From an uncultured candidatus Porisulfidus sp. (GTDB lineage: Bacteria; Pseudomonadota; Gammaproteobacteria; Poriferisulfidales; Poriferisulfidaceae), in the NCBI GenBank assembly GCA_965116025.1, contig OZ220480.1, positions 864,001-928,000 on the forward strand: DNA of 64,000 nucleotides, given 5' to 3'. A model generated the notes under the pieces. The model worked only from the letters and a program-made list of their open reading frames with translations, was not told the DNA's origin and searched no databases. Below, piece by piece: positions 53,627 through 63,682 of the stretch; positions within the stretch are counted from its first letter, which is position 1; every line of letters begins with the position of its first letter. The translations under genes were made by a program, and so were the position numbers.

Positions 53627-53670
53627 TTGACAACCGGCGTGACTTCCTGAATAATAGTGATTCTCATTAC
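53627..53670 (+). promoter_or_regulatory. Sigma70 promoter overlapped by a Fur-box-like site
   Basis: TTGACA (53627) - 17 bp - AATAAT (53650); AATAATAGTGATTCTCATTAC resembles the Fur consensus; precedes the iron ABC operon. Confidence 0.75.
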
Positions 53671-53687
53671 CAGTCGCGTTTTCCCTC

Positions 53688-54704
53688 ATGCCGTGTTTCC
53701 TTATGGGAAAGGTCGCCCTTATTTCGCTAGCGTTCTTCGCTCTTTCGGTGGTCCCGGTCGCGGCCGACCCGGTGACCCTCACCTTGTATTCCTCGCGCAA
53801 GGCGCATTTGATCCAGCCGGTTCTGGACCTGTACACGGAGCGGACCGGCGTGGAGTTCCGTCTTCACACCGGAAAGCCGGGGCCGCTCCTGGAGCGCTTG
53901 GCCGCGGCGGGCAAGAACGGGGGGGCGGATATCCTGCTGACGGTGGACGCGGGCAACCTCTGGCATGCCGCCGAGCGGGGCCTGCTGGCGCCGGTCGATT
54001 CGGAGACGCTGAGAGAATCCATTCCTCCGGCCTTGCACGACCCGGAGAGCCGATGGTTCGGATTCTCCAAGAGGGCGCGCGTCATCGCCTACAACACCGA
54101 GCGCGTCTCTCCCGACCAGCTTTCCACTTACGAGGATCTGGCGGACCCGAAATGGCGAGGAAGGCTGTGCTTGCGCACCTCCAAGAAAGTCTACAACCAG
54201 TCGCTGGTGGCGACCCTGATCGCGCGCCACGGCGAGGCGGTGGTCGAGGAGATCGTTCGGGGCTGGGTCGCCAACCTCGCGGCCGAGCCGTTCTCCAATG
54301 ATACCAAGGCGTTGCGGGCGGTCGCGATGGGACGGTGCGACGTCACGGTCGTCAACAGCTATTATTACGGGCGGTTGGTGAGCGAGGAGCCGAATCTCGA
54401 TCTCGCCCTGTTCTGGCCCAACCAGAATTCCCAGGGCGTTCACGTCAACGTCTCCGGTGGAGGGCTTCTGACGGTCTCCCCGCGCCCCGAGGAAGCGCGC
54501 GCCTTTCTGGAATGGTTGGCGGGTCCCGAGGCCCAGGCGCTGTTCGCGGAACTTAACCTAGAGTACCCGGTTCGGGAGGACGTGTCCCCCGCGCCCGCGG
54601 TGCGCGCCTGGGGGAAATTCCGGGAGGATTCTCTGAATCTTGCGGAAGCGGGGCGGCTGCAGGCGGCCGCCACGCGCTTGATGGACCGGGCGGGCTACCG
54701 CTGA
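53688..54704 (+). CDS. fbpA: Fe(III) ABC transporter substrate-binding protein (FbpA/FutA-like)
   Basis: Signal peptide, YSSRK, ADILLTVDAGNL, YNQSL, NSYYYGR, GVHVNVSG. Confidence 0.9.
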   Translation: MPCFLMGKVALISLAFFALSVVPVAADPVTLTLYSSRKAHLIQPVLDLYTERTGVEFRLHTGKPGPLLERLAAAGKNGGADILLTVDAGNLWHAAERGLLAPVDSETLRESIPPALHDPESRWFGFSKRARVIAYNTERVSPDQLSTYEDLADPKWRGRLCLRTSKKVYNQSLVATLIARHGEAVVEEIVRGWVANLAAEPFSNDTKALRAVAMGRCDVTVVNSYYYGRLVSEEPNLDLALFWPNQNSQGVHVNVSGGGLLTVSPRPEEARAFLEWLAGPEAQALFAELNLEYPVREDVSPAPAVRAWGKFREDSLNLAEAGRLQAAATRLMDRAGYR

Positions 54705-54717
54705 GCTCCGCTTTCTC

Positions 54718-56337
54718 GTGACTTTGGCCGCCGGGAGTTCCGGCCGTTTCTGGCGCTGGGGCAGCCGGCTGTTGGCGGCGGCGGCTCTGGTTCCGCTGGT
54801 CGTGATCTTCGGGGCCTGGATGGCCCCGACCACTGAAGTGTGGGGACATTTGGCGGCGACGTCGTTGCCGACTCTGGTCGGAAACACAGTGACGCTGATC
54901 GTCGGGGTCGCGGTCGGCTCCTTGGCGCTGGGGGTCAGTCTGGCTTGGCTGGTCAGCAACTGCGAGTTTCCGGGGCGGCGAGGGTTCGATTGGGCGCTGA
55001 TGCTGCCGTTCGCCCTGCCCCCGTACGTCATGGCCTTCGTGTTTCTGGGGTTGCTGGACTTCCAGGGCCCAGCGCAGGCCTTGGCGCGGGAGGCGTTTGA
55101 TCTGCCGGAGTCTTGGAGCGTGGAGGCGCGGCGCCCGGCGAGCGTCTTGGCCATCATGACGCTGGTGCTGTATCCGTACGTCTACCTTCTGGCGCGCGTG
55201 GCGTTCCTGCGGCAGGGCCGCGCCGTGATGGAGGCGGCGCGCGCGCTGGGGATGACGCCTTGGCAAGGCTTCTTCCGGGTGGCGCTGCCGATGGCGCGCC
55301 CGGCGATCATCGCCGGCGTGAGCCTGGCCGTGATGGAGGCGCTGGCCGATTTCGGCGCGGTCGCCGTGTTCAACTACGACACGTTCACGACCGCGATCTA
55401 CAAGGCGTGGTTTGGCTTCTTCGACCTCAACGCCGCCAGCCAGCTGGCGTCGCTGTTGCTTACGTTCGTTCTCGTCCTGCTCTGCCTGGAGCGCTTCGGG
55501 CGCTCCCGGGCCCGCTTCGACGACTCTGGAACCTCGTCCGGGCGCCGCGCCTACCGCCTGCGGGGGGGTCGCGCGGTGGCGGCGAGCGCCTACTGCGGTC
55601 TGGTTTTGCTGCTGGCCTTTCTCATCCCGCTGGCGCAGCTTTTGCTATGGGCCCATCGCTGGATCGGCGATCTGGATTCCGGTTATCTGGCGCTGCTGGG
55701 CAACACCCTGGCGCTGGGCGCCATGGCGGCCATGGCCACCACGGCCGGAGGGCTCGCGCTGGCGCATGCCGCGCGGCGAGACGCGAGCTGGCTGACCCGG
55801 GCCAGCGTTCGCGTCGGAACTCTGGGCTACGCCATTCCCGGCTCGGTGCTGGCGGTGGCCGTGATGTGGTCGCTGTCTTGGGTTGATCGCGGGATCGCCG
55901 ACGCTTGGGCGTGGCTGACCGGGACCGATGCCTCATGGGCGCTCGTCGGCGGCGTGACCAGCCTCATGCTAGCGTATTTCGTTCGGTTTTTGGCGCTGGC
56001 CTTCAACCCGATCGACAGCGCGCTGGAACAGGCGCGCCCCAGCGTCCAGGAGGCCGCGCGGTCGCTGGGCCTGAAGGGAATGGAGCTGGCGTGGCGAATT
56101 CACCTTCCGATCTTGCGTCCGGGCTTGCTGACCGCGGGACTGCTGGTGCTGGTGGACGTGATGAAGGAGATGCCGGCGACTTTGCTGTTGCGCCCGTTTG
56201 GCTGGGACACGCTGGCGGTGCGCATTTACGAGCTGTCCTCCGAGGGCCTGTGGGAGCGCGCGGCGCTGCCCTCGGTCGCGTTGGTGGCGGTGGGCCTCGC
56301 GCCGGTGTTCTTGCTAGCGGCGCGCGCCCGGAACTGA
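54718..56337 (+). CDS. fbpB: Fe(III) ABC transporter permease
   Basis: Two EAA loops (EAARALG, EAARSLG), LYPYVYLLAR, KEMPATLLLRP. Confidence 0.9.
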   Translation: MTLAAGSSGRFWRWGSRLLAAAALVPLVVIFGAWMAPTTEVWGHLAATSLPTLVGNTVTLIVGVAVGSLALGVSLAWLVSNCEFPGRRGFDWALMLPFALPPYVMAFVFLGLLDFQGPAQALAREAFDLPESWSVEARRPASVLAIMTLVLYPYVYLLARVAFLRQGRAVMEAARALGMTPWQGFFRVALPMARPAIIAGVSLAVMEALADFGAVAVFNYDTFTTAIYKAWFGFFDLNAASQLASLLLTFVLVLLCLERFGRSRARFDDSGTSSGRRAYRLRGGRAVAASAYCGLVLLLAFLIPLAQLLLWAHRWIGDLDSGYLALLGNTLALGAMAAMATTAGGLALAHAARRDASWLTRASVRVGTLGYAIPGSVLAVAVMWSLSWVDRGIADAWAWLTGTDASWALVGGVTSLMLAYFVRFLALAFNPIDSALEQARPSVQEAARSLGLKGMELAWRIHLPILRPGLLTAGLLVLVDVMKEMPATLLLRPFGWDTLAVRIYELSSEGLWERAALPSVALVAVGLAPVFLLAARARN

Positions 56338-56346
56338 GGAAAGACG

Positions 56347-57402
56347 ATGCCGCTCCTGGAGGTGGAGAGAATCGCGTGCGTCTACGGCGATCATTCGGTT
56401 CTGAACGACTTCTCGCTTCGGGTCGAGAGAGGCGAGATCGCCGCTCTGCTGGGGCCGTCCGGTTGCGGCAAGACGACCGCGCTGCGCGCCATTCTGGGCT
56501 TCGAGGAGATCGCGCGCGGGGAGATCCGCATCGCGGGCGAGGTGGCGTCCCGGCCCGGCTTCAGCGTCCCGCCCGACCGGCGGTCAGTCGGCATGGTCTT
56601 TCAGGATCGGGCGCTGTTCCCGCACTTGACGGTGGCGCGGAACGTCGCCATCGGGATCCGCCGCGCGCCGAAGCGGGAGCGGGACCGGGCCGTCCGGGGC
56701 CTGCTGGATCTCATGGGGCTGGAAGGTCACGAATCTCGCTATCCGCACGAATTGTCCGGAGGGCAACGGGAGCGCGTCGCGCTGGCCCGGGCTCTGGCCC
56801 CGCGGCCCCGCCTGCTGCTGCTCGACGAGCCGTTCGCGGGGCTCGACATCGACTTGCGCGAACGCCTAAGCGTCGAGGTGCGCGATATCCTCAAGGAGAC
56901 CGGATCGACGGCGGTGGTCGTGACGCACTACCAGGACGAGGCCTTCGCCATGGGCGACTGTGTCGGGGTCATGGGGGAAGGAGCCATCCTGCAGTGGGAC
57001 ACGCCGTTCAACGTCTACCATCGTCCGGTCTCGCGGCGGGTCGCCAGCCTGGTCGGGCGGGGGGTCTTCATCAAGGGCGTCGCGCGCGAGGGAGGGGCGT
57101 TCGACACTGAGCTCGGGCGGGTCCGCGACGACCACGCCGCGCGCGCGAGTCCCCCGGGAACGCGCATGGACATCCTGTTGCGTCCGGACGATGTCCTGAT
57201 TGATCCAGAGGGAAAGATCCGCGCCACGGTGACCGACAAGGCGTTCAAGGGCGACGATACCCTGTACACGCTGCGCCTCGAGTCCGGCGTCCGGCTTCTC
57301 GCTTTGGCGTCCAGTCACAAGAACCTGGAGATCGGGGAGAAGACGCGCTTGGGACTCGACCTGGAGCACGTGGTGGCGTTTCCAGAGACGCGTGAATCAT
57401 GA
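56347..57402 (+). CDS. fbpC: Fe(III) ABC transporter ATPase
   Basis: GPSGCGKT, LSGGQ, LLLDEPF, TOBE-like tail. Confidence 0.9.
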   Translation: MPLLEVERIACVYGDHSVLNDFSLRVERGEIAALLGPSGCGKTTALRAILGFEEIARGEIRIAGEVASRPGFSVPPDRRSVGMVFQDRALFPHLTVARNVAIGIRRAPKRERDRAVRGLLDLMGLEGHESRYPHELSGGQRERVALARALAPRPRLLLLDEPFAGLDIDLRERLSVEVRDILKETGSTAVVVTHYQDEAFAMGDCVGVMGEGAILQWDTPFNVYHRPVSRRVASLVGRGVFIKGVAREGGAFDTELGRVRDDHAARASPPGTRMDILLRPDDVLIDPEGKIRATVTDKAFKGDDTLYTLRLESGVRLLALASSHKNLEIGEKTRLGLDLEHVVAFPETRES

Positions 57403-57406
57403 ACTA

Positions 57407-57421
57407 AGTTACACTATTACA
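57407..57421 (+). promoter_or_regulatory. Zur-box-like site
   Basis: AGTTACACTATTACA resembles TGTTATAnTATAACA; AT-rich and upstream of zur-znuCB. Confidence 0.55.
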
Positions 57422-57461
57422 GATTTTTCGGATCGCCTCACCGCTCGACAAGACCTTCGCG

Positions 57462-57971
57462 ATGGCGCAAGCGAACGTTGGCCCTACGTGGCCGCTTTCT
57501 CCGCATGATCATCGATCCTGCGTATCGAGCGCTTTGGCGCGCGCTGAGGCGGTGTGCGCGAGCCGCGGCAAGCGGCTCACCGAGAATCGCCGAGCGGTTC
57601 TGAGGTTGCTGCTCGATGGGCATCATGCCTTGGGCGCGTATCAGATCATCAAGCGATTCGATTGGAAGGGACGTAGCCGGGCGCCCATCCAGGTGTACCG
57701 GGCGCTGGAATTTCTGGAGGCCATGGGGCTGGCGCATCGCGTCGCGAGCAGCAACGCCTATGTCGCCTGTTATCAGTTCTCCGGGCAGCACGGCTCCGCG
57801 TTGCTCGTGTGCGAGGATTGCGGAGTCGTGGTGGAGAGCGGAGGGCCGGAGCTGGAACGCGCGGTGGGCGGGGTGACTCGACGGGCGGGCTTTCAGGCGC
57901 GGACCCAATTTCTGGAGGTGCTGGGGCTTTGCCCGAAGTGCGCCCGGAAGACGGAGGACGCCCGCCCGTGA
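57462..57971 (+). CDS. zur: Zinc uptake regulator (Fur family)
   Basis: HDHRSC, RLTENRRAVL, VYRALEFL, CEDC and CPKC motifs. Confidence 0.88.
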   Translation: MAQANVGPTWPLSPHDHRSCVSSALARAEAVCASRGKRLTENRRAVLRLLLDGHHALGAYQIIKRFDWKGRSRAPIQVYRALEFLEAMGLAHRVASSNAYVACYQFSGQHGSALLVCEDCGVVVESGGPELERAVGGVTRRAGFQARTQFLEVLGLCPKCARKTEDARP

Positions 57972-58693
57972 GATCGCCGCGCGCGCTCGTGCGCGCCCGT
58001 TCCGTGGGCGTTCACCGTGGTGGTCGCTGGCTGATCCGCGACGTCAGCCTCGAGATCCAGCCCGGCGAGGTCGTGACCGTGGTGGGCCCCAACGGGGCGG
58101 GCAAAAGCACCTTGCTGAAGGCCTTGCTCGGAGCGCTCCGCCTGGACGCGGGAAGCGTGACCCGCGCGCCCGGGTCGCGCGTCGGCTACGTGCCGCCCGC
58201 CGACCCGACCCAGTTCGATTTGCCGCTGACGGCGCGGCGCCTGATGACCCTGACCGCGCGCCACTCGACCGAAGCCATGGCCCGGGCCCTGCGCGAGACC
58301 GGCGCCGGGCATCTAACCGACTCCCAGGTCAGCGACCTTTCGCACGGAGAGTTCCAGCGAGTCATGCTGGCCCGGGCCCTATCGCTCGATCCGGACTTCC
58401 TGGTGATGGACGAGCCCCTGCGGGGCATCGATTTCTCTGGCGAGGCCGAGCTGCATCAATTGATCTCGGACATCGTGGAACGCCGGGGATGCGCCGCGCT
58501 GATGACCAGCCACGACCTCCACTACGTGATGAGCAGGACGGACCGGGTGGTCTGCCTGAACCGGGTGGTGCGATGCATGGGAACCCCGGAGGACACGGTG
58601 GACCATCCGGAGTTCCGCCAGCTGTTCGGCGCTCGCGCCGACGCCTATCGACTCGTCCGCCATCAGTGTCACGGCGATTCGGCGCGGAGCTGA
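57968..58693 (+). CDS. znuC: Zinc ABC transporter ATPase
   Basis: GPNGAGKST, LSHGEFQRV, MDEP, SHDLHYVM; GTG start overlapping the zur stop. Confidence 0.88.
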   Translation: MRSPRALVRARSVGVHRGGRWLIRDVSLEIQPGEVVTVVGPNGAGKSTLLKALLGALRLDAGSVTRAPGSRVGYVPPADPTQFDLPLTARRLMTLTARHSTEAMARALRETGAGHLTDSQVSDLSHGEFQRVMLARALSLDPDFLVMDEPLRGIDFSGEAELHQLISDIVERRGCAALMTSHDLHYVMSRTDRVVCLNRVVRCMGTPEDTVDHPEFRQLFGARADAYRLVRHQCHGDSARS

Positions 58694-58711
58694 CGCTCTC
58701 GCCCTTTCCCT

Positions 58712-59566
58712 ATGCTGGACGATTTCTTTTTCCGCGCTCTGCTCGCGACCCTGATCGTGGGACTGGTGGCCGGGCCGGTCGGCTGCGTGATCTTGTGGCA
58801 GCGCAAGGCGTATTTTGGCGATACCATGGCGCATTCCGCGCTGCTCGGGATCGCGCTTGGCGTGATCTTGGGAGTTAGTCCGGGGGTCGGGGTCTTCGGG
58901 GTCGCGTTCCTTGTCGCGTTGGCGGTGGTCGCGCTTCGGAGGACGACGCGCCTCGCGAACGACACCATCCTCGGGGTGCTGGCCCACTCCACCTTGGCGG
59001 TCGGTCTCGTCGCGATGGCGCTGACCGAGGGCGCTCGGCAATACGAGCTGCTCGCCTATCTGTTCGGGGACGTGCTGGCGGTTGGCCGAGAGGATTTGGT
59101 CTTGATCGGGCTGGGCGGGGCGCTCGCTCTCGCGGTTCTGGCCACGATCTGGCGCCCGCTGGTGGCCGCGACCCTGCACGAGGGACTGGCGGTGGCTGAG
59201 GGCGCGCGGCCCTTGCGCGATCAGTTGCTGTACATGGCGCTGGTGGCCGCCGTTGTGGCCGCCGGCATGCAGGTCGTGGGCGCCCTTCTCGTCGTCGCGT
59301 TGATGATCATTCCGGCCGCGGCGGCGCGGACCCTGGCCAGGACCCCGGAGCAGATGGCCTGGATCGCCGCCTTGGCCGGGACGCTCTCGGGCATCTTGGG
59401 ACTGTACGGCTCTCTCTGGCTGGACACGCCAGCCGGACCCTCGATCGTGACGGTGGCCGCGCTCGTGTTTCTGGGGTGTCTCGCGCTCGACTCGGGCGGC
59501 CGGTGGTTGCGCCGAAATCGAAGCGTCAGGCGTGATGCCGCTCGCGCTCCAGAAGGAGACGCTTGA
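58712..59566 (+). CDS. znuB: Zinc ABC transporter permease
   Basis: YFGDTMAHSALLG, YLFGDVL, VGALLV, DTPAGPSIV. Confidence 0.9.
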   Translation: MLDDFFFRALLATLIVGLVAGPVGCVILWQRKAYFGDTMAHSALLGIALGVILGVSPGVGVFGVAFLVALAVVALRRTTRLANDTILGVLAHSTLAVGLVAMALTEGARQYELLAYLFGDVLAVGREDLVLIGLGGALALAVLATIWRPLVAATLHEGLAVAEGARPLRDQLLYMALVAAVVAAGMQVVGALLVVALMIIPAAAARTLARTPEQMAWIAALAGTLSGILGLYGSLWLDTPAGPSIVTVAALVFLGCLALDSGGRWLRRNRSVRRDAARAPEGDA

Positions 59567-60035
59567 TCTCCAGGAGTCGCTCTCCCTTCTCGCGGATCAG
59601 CGGTCCTCCATAGCCCCCGAGTCCGCTCTTTCCCAGCACGCGGTGGCATGGCACCACGACGCAAAGCGGATTGCGTCCGTTGGCGGCGCCGACTGATCGC
59701 GGGCTACCGCCCGCCTGCCGAGCGACATCGCCGTACGTTCGAGTCTGGCCGTAGGGAATGGAGAGAAGCGCGCGCCACACCCCGCGTTGGTATTCGGTGG
59801 CCGGGCCGTCCTCGGCCAGCGTGGCGAGCGGAAGATCGAACGTCTCGCGGGCGCCTTCGAAATACTCTCGGAGCTGTCGCGCCGCGGCGCGGGTGGTGGC
59901 GTTCGGGCGCTCGGGACTCGTTCGCCGGGCATCCAGATCGAAATAGATCGCCGACACGCCATGCCGGCCGGCATGGATCTTGAGAGGCGCGTCGAGGGGC
60001 GTGTCGAGAGTCTGGAAGCCGACGTCGTCGAGCAT
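59526..60035 (-). CDS. ogt: Methylated-DNA-protein-cysteine methyltransferase
   Basis: QLREYFEG, IPYGQTRTYG, NPLCVVVPCHRV. Confidence 0.9.
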   Translation of the reverse strand: MLDDVGFQTLDTPLDAPLKIHAGRHGVSAIYFDLDARRTSPERPNATTRAAARQLREYFEGARETFDLPLATLAEDGPATEYQRGVWRALLSIPYGQTRTYGDVARQAGGSPRSVGAANGRNPLCVVVPCHRVLGKSGLGGYGGPLIREKGERLLEIKRLLLERERHHA

Positions 60036-60045
60036 GACCGCCGAA

Positions 60046-60402
60046 TCAACCGCCCAGCTTTTCCGGAATGCGGGCGGCCTTGCCGGTGCGGCCCCGCAGA
60101 TAGTACAGTTTCGCGCGCCGCACTTTTCCGCGGCGCTTGACATGGATCGAGTCGATCAGCGGGCTGTGCGTCTGAAAGACCCGCTCCACCCCCTCGCCGT
60201 GCGAGATCTTCCGCACGGTGAACGAGGAGTTCAGGCCGCGGTCGCGCCGGGCGATCACCACGCCCTCGAACGTCTGCAGCCGCTCGCGCTCGCCCTCTCG
60301 GACCTTCACCGCGACCGCGACCGTGTCGCCCGGTCCGAATCGGACCTCGGCCAAGTCCTGGCGCATCCGCGCGCGTTCCAGTTTCTCAATCGTCGCGCTC
60401 AC
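60046..60402 (-). CDS. rplS: 50S ribosomal protein L19
   Basis: [36 protein letters not shown]. Confidence 0.97.
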   Translation of the reverse strand: MSATIEKLERARMRQDLAEVRFGPGDTVAVAVKVREGERERLQTFEGVVIARRDRGLNSSFTVRKISHGEGVERVFQTHSPLIDSIHVKRRGKVRRAKLYYLRGRTGKAARIPEKLGG

Positions 60403-61147
60403 GTTCTCGCTCCTTCGATGTTGATTTCAGGTATTCGTCCAGCAACGCCCGATCCTCCGCCGACAACGCGGCGCGGTCCAGCAGGTCCGGACGGCGGCGG
60501 AAGGTGCGTCCCAGCCGCTCGCGCCGTCTCCAGCGATCTATTTTGCCATGATCTCCAGACAAAAGCACATCTGGAGCGCGCAGGCCCTCGATCTCTTCCG
60601 GGCGGGTGTAGTGCGGCCAGTCCAGAAGGCCCTCGCCGAAAGAGTCTTGCCGGGCCGATTCCGCGCACCCGAGAACGCCCGGCAAAAGCCGGACGATGGC
60701 GTCGATCACCACGGCCGCGGCCAGCTCGCCGCCGGACAGCACGTAGTCGCCGAGCGACCACTCGGCGTCCACGCGCCGGATCAGGAAGCGCTCGTCGATT
60801 CCCTCGTATCGTCCGGCGATCAAGATTAGTCCCTTCTCTTTCGCCGCCGCGCGCGCCCGCGCTTGGTTGAACGGGACGCCTTGAGGCGTCAGCGCGATCG
60901 TGCGGGCTTCCGGATTCGCCTGACGGGCCGAATCGTGCGCGCGCGCCAGAGGCTCGTACCGCATGACCATGCCTGGACCGCCTCCGTACGGGCGGTCATC
61001 CACGGCGCGGCGCGGGTCCTCGCAGAAATCGCGCGGGTTGACGCAACGCAACCGCGCCGCGCCGCGCGCGAGCGCGCGGGCGACCACGCCCCCGGCCGCG
61101 ACCGCCTCGACGATCTCCGGGAGTGGAGCGACGACGTCGAAGCGCAT
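60386..61147 (-). CDS. trmD: tRNA (guanine37-N1)-methyltransferase
   Basis: [39 protein letters not shown]. Confidence 0.96.
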   Translation of the reverse strand: MRFDVVAPLPEIVEAVAAGGVVARALARGAARLRCVNPRDFCEDPRRAVDDRPYGGGPGMVMRYEPLARAHDSARQANPEARTIALTPQGVPFNQARARAAAKEKGLILIAGRYEGIDERFLIRRVDAEWSLGDYVLSGGELAAAVVIDAIVRLLPGVLGCAESARQDSFGEGLLDWPHYTRPEEIEGLRAPDVLLSGDHGKIDRWRRRERLGRTFRRRPDLLDRAALSAEDRALLDEYLKSTSKERERERDD

Positions 61148-61151
61148 CCGG

Positions 61152-61706
61152 TCACTCCCGCACGCCGTCCCAGCGCACGTCGATCCGGCGGCGTTCCAGA
61201 TCCACGCGCAGCACGGTCTCGCCTGGCGCGTAAGGGATCAGGCGCTCCTGATCCCCACGGACGAGCAGCACGTCATGGACGGCGGTTTCCAGAACTCGCT
61301 CCACGACGCCCAGCGTCCGCCCGCGCTGGTCATGCGCGGCCAGTCCCAGAAGGTCGCGGTGGTAGTACTCGCCTCGCGGCAAGAGCGGGAAGCGCGCCGG
61401 ATCGATCCAGATCTCCAGGCCCCGCAGCGCCGCCGCCTCGTCGCGGTCGTCCACGTCCCGAAGCTTCGCGATCAGGCCGCGGTGGACACGCCGCCCGGAT
61501 TCCAGATCATGAACGCGGTGGGCTCCGCCACCGCGCAACTGCCAAGGACGATACCGCAACAGGTTCTCGATGGGGTGGGTGTGCGAATGCACCTTGATCC
61601 AGCCGCGCGTGCCATGCATGCCGCTGACGTGGCCGCATAACGCGTATTCGGGAGCCGCGGAGCCGGAGAGGTCCGTGGCGAGGGAGCCGCTCGGCTGGCG
61701 CCTCAG
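61152..61706 (-). CDS. rimM: Ribosome maturation factor RimM (start uncertain)
   Basis: [35 protein letters not shown]; located between rpsP and trmD. Confidence 0.9.
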   Translation of the reverse strand: MRRQPSGSLATDLSGSAAPEYALCGHVSGMHGTRGWIKVHSHTHPIENLLRYRPWQLRGGGAHRVHDLESGRRVHRGLIAKLRDVDDRDEAAALRGLEIWIDPARFPLLPRGEYYHRDLLGLAAHDQRGRTLGVVERVLETAVHDVLLVRGDQERLIPYAPGETVLRVDLERRRIDVRWDGVRE

Positions 61707-61957
61707 GCGGTTCGCGGTCTGGCGCGCTCGCGAATCAGCCACGCCGCGCGGGCGGAAAGTTTCGCGCCTCGGTCCAGCCAATGCCGCACGCGTTCCTGAT
61801 CGACGCGCGCGCCCTCTTCCTCTCCGGTGGCGAGAGGGTTGAAGAACCCGAGACGCTCAAGATAGCCGCTGTCGCGAGGCTTGCGCGAATCGGTGACCAC
61901 CAAGTGGTAGAAAGGACGCTTCTTCGCGCCGGCGCGGGCGAGACGGATCGTGACCAA
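61703..61957 (-). CDS. rpsP: 30S ribosomal protein S16
   Basis: [24 protein letters not shown]; TTG start. Confidence 0.97.
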   Translation of the reverse strand: MVTIRLARAGAKKRPFYHLVVTDSRKPRDSGYLERLGFFNPLATGEEEGARVDQERVRHWLDRGAKLSARAAWLIRERARPRTA

Positions 61958-62138
61958 GAGTGTGCTCCAAAAAGCGATTCCAAAGGCTCTGAGCCGCGCA
62001 TTCTAGCAGAATCGGAAACGCGCCCCCGCGGCCGCTCGCGCGGTCGACTCGCGGCGACCGGGCGGACCGCGACGGAAAAGCCCGCATGGAGCGACTTCGG
62101 CGCGACGCGACCCGCCCGTCTCGACCGTTCCCATCCAT

Positions 62139-63566
62139 TCAGCCTTCGTGCCCCGTGATCGCTTTCGTCTCAAGGAATTCCTCCAGGCCATACCGCCCGG
62201 ATTCCCGGCCATTCCCGGACCGCTTGTACCCGCCGAACGGCGCTCGGGGATCGATGAACGCGTCATTCAAGAACACGCTGCCGACCCGAAGGCGTCGAGC
62301 GAGCGCGTGGGCGCGCTCGGGGTCGCCGCTCGACACGTAGCCGGCCAGCCCGTACGTCGTGTCGTTCGCGACGCGCGCGGCGTCCTCCTCGTCCTCATAG
62401 CCGATGATCGTCAATACCGGGCCGAAGATCTCCTGGCGCGCGATGGTCATGTCGTTGCGCGCATGCGAGAAGACCGTGGGCTTCACGTAATGCCCGACCC
62501 GCGAGCCGTCCGGCCGCCCCGTTCCGCCCGTCTCCAGCCGCGCGCCCTCGTCCAGCCCGGTCTGGATCAAGGACCGGACGCGCTCGAGCTGCCGTCGCGA
62601 CGCTAGTGGTCCCATGTCGGTTTTCAGGTCGCGGGGAGATCCGACCTGGACCGCTTCCATCGCCGCCCGGGCCAGAGCCGCGGCCTCGTCCATCCACGCG
62701 CGCGGGACCAGCATACGGGTGGGCGCGAGGCAGGACTGTCCGGAGTTCGCGTAAACCCGAGCCACGTCGCGGGCGACGGCGCGCTCGAGGTCCGCGTCGT
62801 CGAGAATGACGCTGGCGGATTTCCCGCCCAACTCCTGCGCGACCCGCTTCACCGTGGGCGCGGCGTTTCGCGCGACCTCGACGCCAGCGCGCGTCGATCC
62901 CGTGAAGGAGATCATGTCGACGCCCGGGTGCGCGGACAGCGCGGCCCCGACGGTCGGCCCGTCGCCATGAACCAGATTGAACACGCCCGGGGGAATCCCG
63001 GCGGAGTCCAGGATCTCGGCGAACAGGATCGCGCTATGCGGAGCGATTTCCGAGGGTTTCAGCACCATGGAGCAACCGGCCGCGAGCGCGGGAGCCACCT
63101 TGCACGCGATCTGGTTCGCGGGCCAGTTCCACGGAGTGATGAGACCGCAAACCCCGATCGGCTCCCGAACGACGCGCGCGGAGCCGAGCTCCTCCTCGAA
63201 GGAGAACCCGCGCAGTGCCTCGAGCGTCGTGGTCAACTGTGCCAGGCCCATGGGGGCCTGGAACTCGCGAGAGAGACGCGTCGGCGCGCCCACTTCCTCG
63301 CGGATGGTATCGGCGATCTCGTCCAGGCGCTCCTCGTATCGGGCGACGACGCGCTCCAGCAGCGCGATTCGCTCTTCGCGCGTGGTCCGGGAATAGGAGT
63401 CGAACGCCGCCGCGGCCGAGCGGACGGCCCGGTCCATGTCCCGCTCTCCGCCCATCGCGACGGAGCCGATGGGCTCTTCCGTCGCGGGGTTGACGACGCG
63501 CCGGGTCTCGCCAGTCGATGGCGCGACCCAGTTCCCGCCGATGTAGAAGCGCGTTCGGTTCTCCAT
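62139..63566 (-). CDS. Aldehyde dehydrogenase
   Basis: ITPWNWP, LKPSE, FTGST, QELGGKS, NSGQSC, EIFGPV. Confidence 0.95.
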   Translation of the reverse strand: MENRTRFYIGGNWVAPSTGETRRVVNPATEEPIGSVAMGGERDMDRAVRSAAAAFDSYSRTTREERIALLERVVARYEERLDEIADTIREEVGAPTRLSREFQAPMGLAQLTTTLEALRGFSFEEELGSARVVREPIGVCGLITPWNWPANQIACKVAPALAAGCSMVLKPSEIAPHSAILFAEILDSAGIPPGVFNLVHGDGPTVGAALSAHPGVDMISFTGSTRAGVEVARNAAPTVKRVAQELGGKSASVILDDADLERAVARDVARVYANSGQSCLAPTRMLVPRAWMDEAAALARAAMEAVQVGSPRDLKTDMGPLASRRQLERVRSLIQTGLDEGARLETGGTGRPDGSRVGHYVKPTVFSHARNDMTIARQEIFGPVLTIIGYEDEEDAARVANDTTYGLAGYVSSGDPERAHALARRLRVGSVFLNDAFIDPRAPFGGYKRSGNGRESGRYGLEEFLETKAITGHEG

Positions 63567-63577
63567 GGCGTCGGCGG

Positions 63578-63654
63578 TGGTGGGCCCGGCAGGATTCGAA
63601 CCTGCGACCGAAGGATTATGAGTCCTCTGCTCTAACCAGCTGAGCTACAGGCCC
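63578..63654 (-). tRNA. ileX: tRNA-Ile2 (anticodon CAT, lysidine type)
   Basis: Cloverleaf GGGCCTGTAGCTCAG...CTCATAA...GGTTCGAATCC...GGGCCCACCA; Ile2 rather than Met inferred from sequence type and position after rpoD. Confidence 0.88.
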
Positions 63655-63682
63655 CCGGATGGCTCGCGCGCCCTGGCCCCGA

